This document shows positions 62,030-64,000 of a stretch of 64,000 nt of DNA, in pieces. The notes beneath the pieces are model-generated. The model was not told the DNA's origin and did not search any database. It saw nothing but the letters and a program-made list of their open reading frames with translations. Both the position numbers and the translations under genes were made by a program. The stretch spans positions 28,272,001 through 28,336,000 of the forward strand of contig OZ281497.1 of assembly GCA_965637545.1 (NCBI GenBank), read 5' to 3'. The stretch comes from Phallusia mammillata (lineage: Eukaryota). How positions within the stretch are numbered: the stretch's first letter is position 1; every line of letters starts with the position of its first letter.

Positions 62030-64000
62030 ATGGATTATCCTGAACGCCAACTTAACTTGACTCAAAAGCCAAACGACACTGAAACGCATCCCAGCCTGAA
62101 CGAAGGCCCAAATGCCATTGTACACAGTGCAAGCGAAGAATTCAGATCTTTGATGCCCCATTTAAGTCCAAACCACCCTTTGTTAGTTGATGTACAAGGC
62201 AAAAATTTAATTTTTAACTTGGTAAGACTTTTCACCCGATTTGCCGAGAATTCCTCCATTGAAATACGAAATTTCTGCTTTTCAACCGAGTGGTATTGGT
62301 ATTTTATAACACGTATTGTAACACAGGTCGATTGTGGTAGGTTTACGTGGTAGAACTCCGACAAAAAGTATCTGTTTTGATCTTAAACTTCTTTTGTTTG
62401 CAGGAAAGTGAACAAGCACCTCAGATTGGAGACACAAACATCCACACAACTGGACCAGTTTACAACGCTCCAGTTTATCAACAACACATCATGCAACATG
62501 TAACAGTGCATCATACATACCAACAAGCTCACTGCTCGTCCCAGTTACCTCATCCACGCTATTTAGATAAAACAAAAACACCCAAACTCCCCGCTACATC
62601 TTCTTTGTCCGAACAACCTCACTGCTCCTCTCAGTTGCCCTCCTCATATTCCTCCTGCAAAGAAACTCTACCCAAACTTCCGGCTGCAACTTCTTCGCAC
62701 GAACCAGCTCAATGTTCGTCTTTGTTGCCTTCTCCACGTGACTTAGATGAGGAAACTTTGCCAAAACATCCCCTTACCTTTCACACATTGGAACGAGATC
62801 ACTGCTCCTCTCAGTTGCCTGTCGAACACGGCTTTGATGAGAAATCATTGCTGAAACTTCCCACAAAAGGACAGAGGTGTTCTGAGCATCAACCTTCAAC
62901 TTTAAAGAAACAACAAAGAAAACACAAAGATGATCATTGTTTCTCAGCACTGATTGCATTGATCAGACAAAGAGCGGAGGTCATTTCAGGTGAGGAGACG
63001 TCACTAGCAGATATTGCCAACAGCCCAATAAAACCCGTAAACCTCGCCATAGTAAAAGAACCAACACGAATTGATGATGAGTTTCAAGCAGACGGACATT
63101 ATCGCCGTAGACAGGAACTGGTGGACGTTTACAAAATACCTGAAAGCGATATCACCTGTGAAAAAATGTTTGCCTTTGCAAAAGATAAGGCAAAAGAGGA
63201 AGTGGATCAGAAGTTCACACCAGATGATGTAAAAGCAAAACAAGATTACATTGAAAAACATGGAAACGTGGTCGGTGTGGTTGGACAAGCTGGAATAGGA
63301 AAAACGACCTCATCCAAAAAGTGGGCCAGGCAATGTTTAAGGGGAGAGTTGTTCGGAGAAACTTCGTTCTTCTTCTACATTGCGATAAGGCGCATCGACT
63401 TCACTAGGAAGATGACTCTGCTTGATTTTTTTCTCTCAGCCATGTCGATTGAACAAGATTACAACCGGAAGCAAAGTAGAAATATTCTCGATGTGATTGG
63501 CAGAGATCCAAATGTTGTTATAATTTTCGATGGTTTTGACGAGGCAGCCATTGAGTCATTTTCCAAAGAAGTTTCGCAACCCCCACTACATTTGAAGTCC
63601 AAGGCTGAAAACTACCTAAAGCATTTGGCTGCAGGAAACTTGCTTCCACGTGCTCGAAAGATTTTCACGTCACGACCAGCTCAACTGTACAAGCTCCATC
63701 CTTCATATCGACCAAGGTTCGTTATCCAAATACTCGGATTAAACCAAGCATCTCAAGACGAACTTGGACGGCAGATATGTGGAGACAGATACAACGATAT
63801 ACAACAAAAGCTGGTGCAAAAGCCCAATGTCCTTGCTCACTGCTATGTTCCTGTCAATTTTATATTGACTCTCAACTTCCTCATAAATTACGATGGAGAT
63901 ATTCAGTTTGTTACACTCACTCGTGTCCTTGCTTTCACTTGTGTTCAATATCTCACCACCAATCACCTGAGGGGCCAAGAAGGTGAGTTAGACAAACTGG
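62030..64000 (+). CDS. NACHT-domain (NLR-like) protein, 3'-incomplete (exon 62030-62221; exon 62404->64000)
   Basis: A 532-codon frame with no stop follows the acceptor tttgcag at 62403. Walker A GVVGQAGIGKT (~63274-63306), Walker B VVIIFDGFDE (63514-63543), sensor-1 IFTSRP (63661-63678), later CYVPV. The upstream phase-0 exon ending TTG|GTAAGA is less certain. Confidence 0.9.
62530..62889 (+). repeat. Four 90-bp (30-aa) coding repeats HCSSQLP...ETLPKLP upstream of the NACHT domain
   Basis: Units start at 62530, 62620, 62710 and 62800. Confidence 0.9.

Noticed and set aside
1-64000. Prokaryotic features (operons with RBS, rRNA, defence systems) and specific gene symbols
   Set aside because: The genes are spliced eukaryotic loci, no rRNA-like sequence was seen, and orthology to named genes cannot be established from sequence alone.

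Overview
AT-rich, intron-containing eukaryotic DNA. It is probably from an invertebrate chordate such as an ascidian, inferred only from composition, intron sizes and gene families. The ORF track is mostly uninformative because the genes are spliced. Bases 1-44 kb hold a minus-strand tandem array of at least 12 paralogous C-type lectin (CTLD) receptor loci, called L1-L12 here. They share a six-exon plan: signal peptide plus CTLD N-half (214-217 nt), CTLD C-half (237-249 nt), Thr/Pro mucin stalk, transmembrane exon, a 41-50 nt linker exon, and a cytoplasmic tail. Splice phases are conserved (1,1,1,2,1). L3, L7 and L12 are intact. L6 is intact but its tail is truncated, L2 has no TM exon, L9 carries one nonsense codon, and the rest are decayed. 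The paralogues join related ectodomains to different signalling ends: two canonical ITIMs (L12), an ITAM-like pair (L7), a CD28/DAP10-type YxNM motif (L3), and a Lys inside the TM helix with a short tail lacking ITIM/ITAM motifs (L5, L6, L9). GC donors and in-frame stops could also give soluble forms. Together this looks like a paired activating/inhibitory receptor complex undergoing birth and death. Also present: a Penelope-like element with a hammerhead ribozyme filling L6 intron 1, a young tRNA-derived SINE, several hAT-type MITEs, a Gypsy RT fragment, a 2.1-kb tandem duplication, an orphan intronless ORF that may be viral, a ~45-bp minisatellite, and a plus-strand NACHT/NLR gene running off the right edge. 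All exon models and alignments were made by eye, with no database searches.
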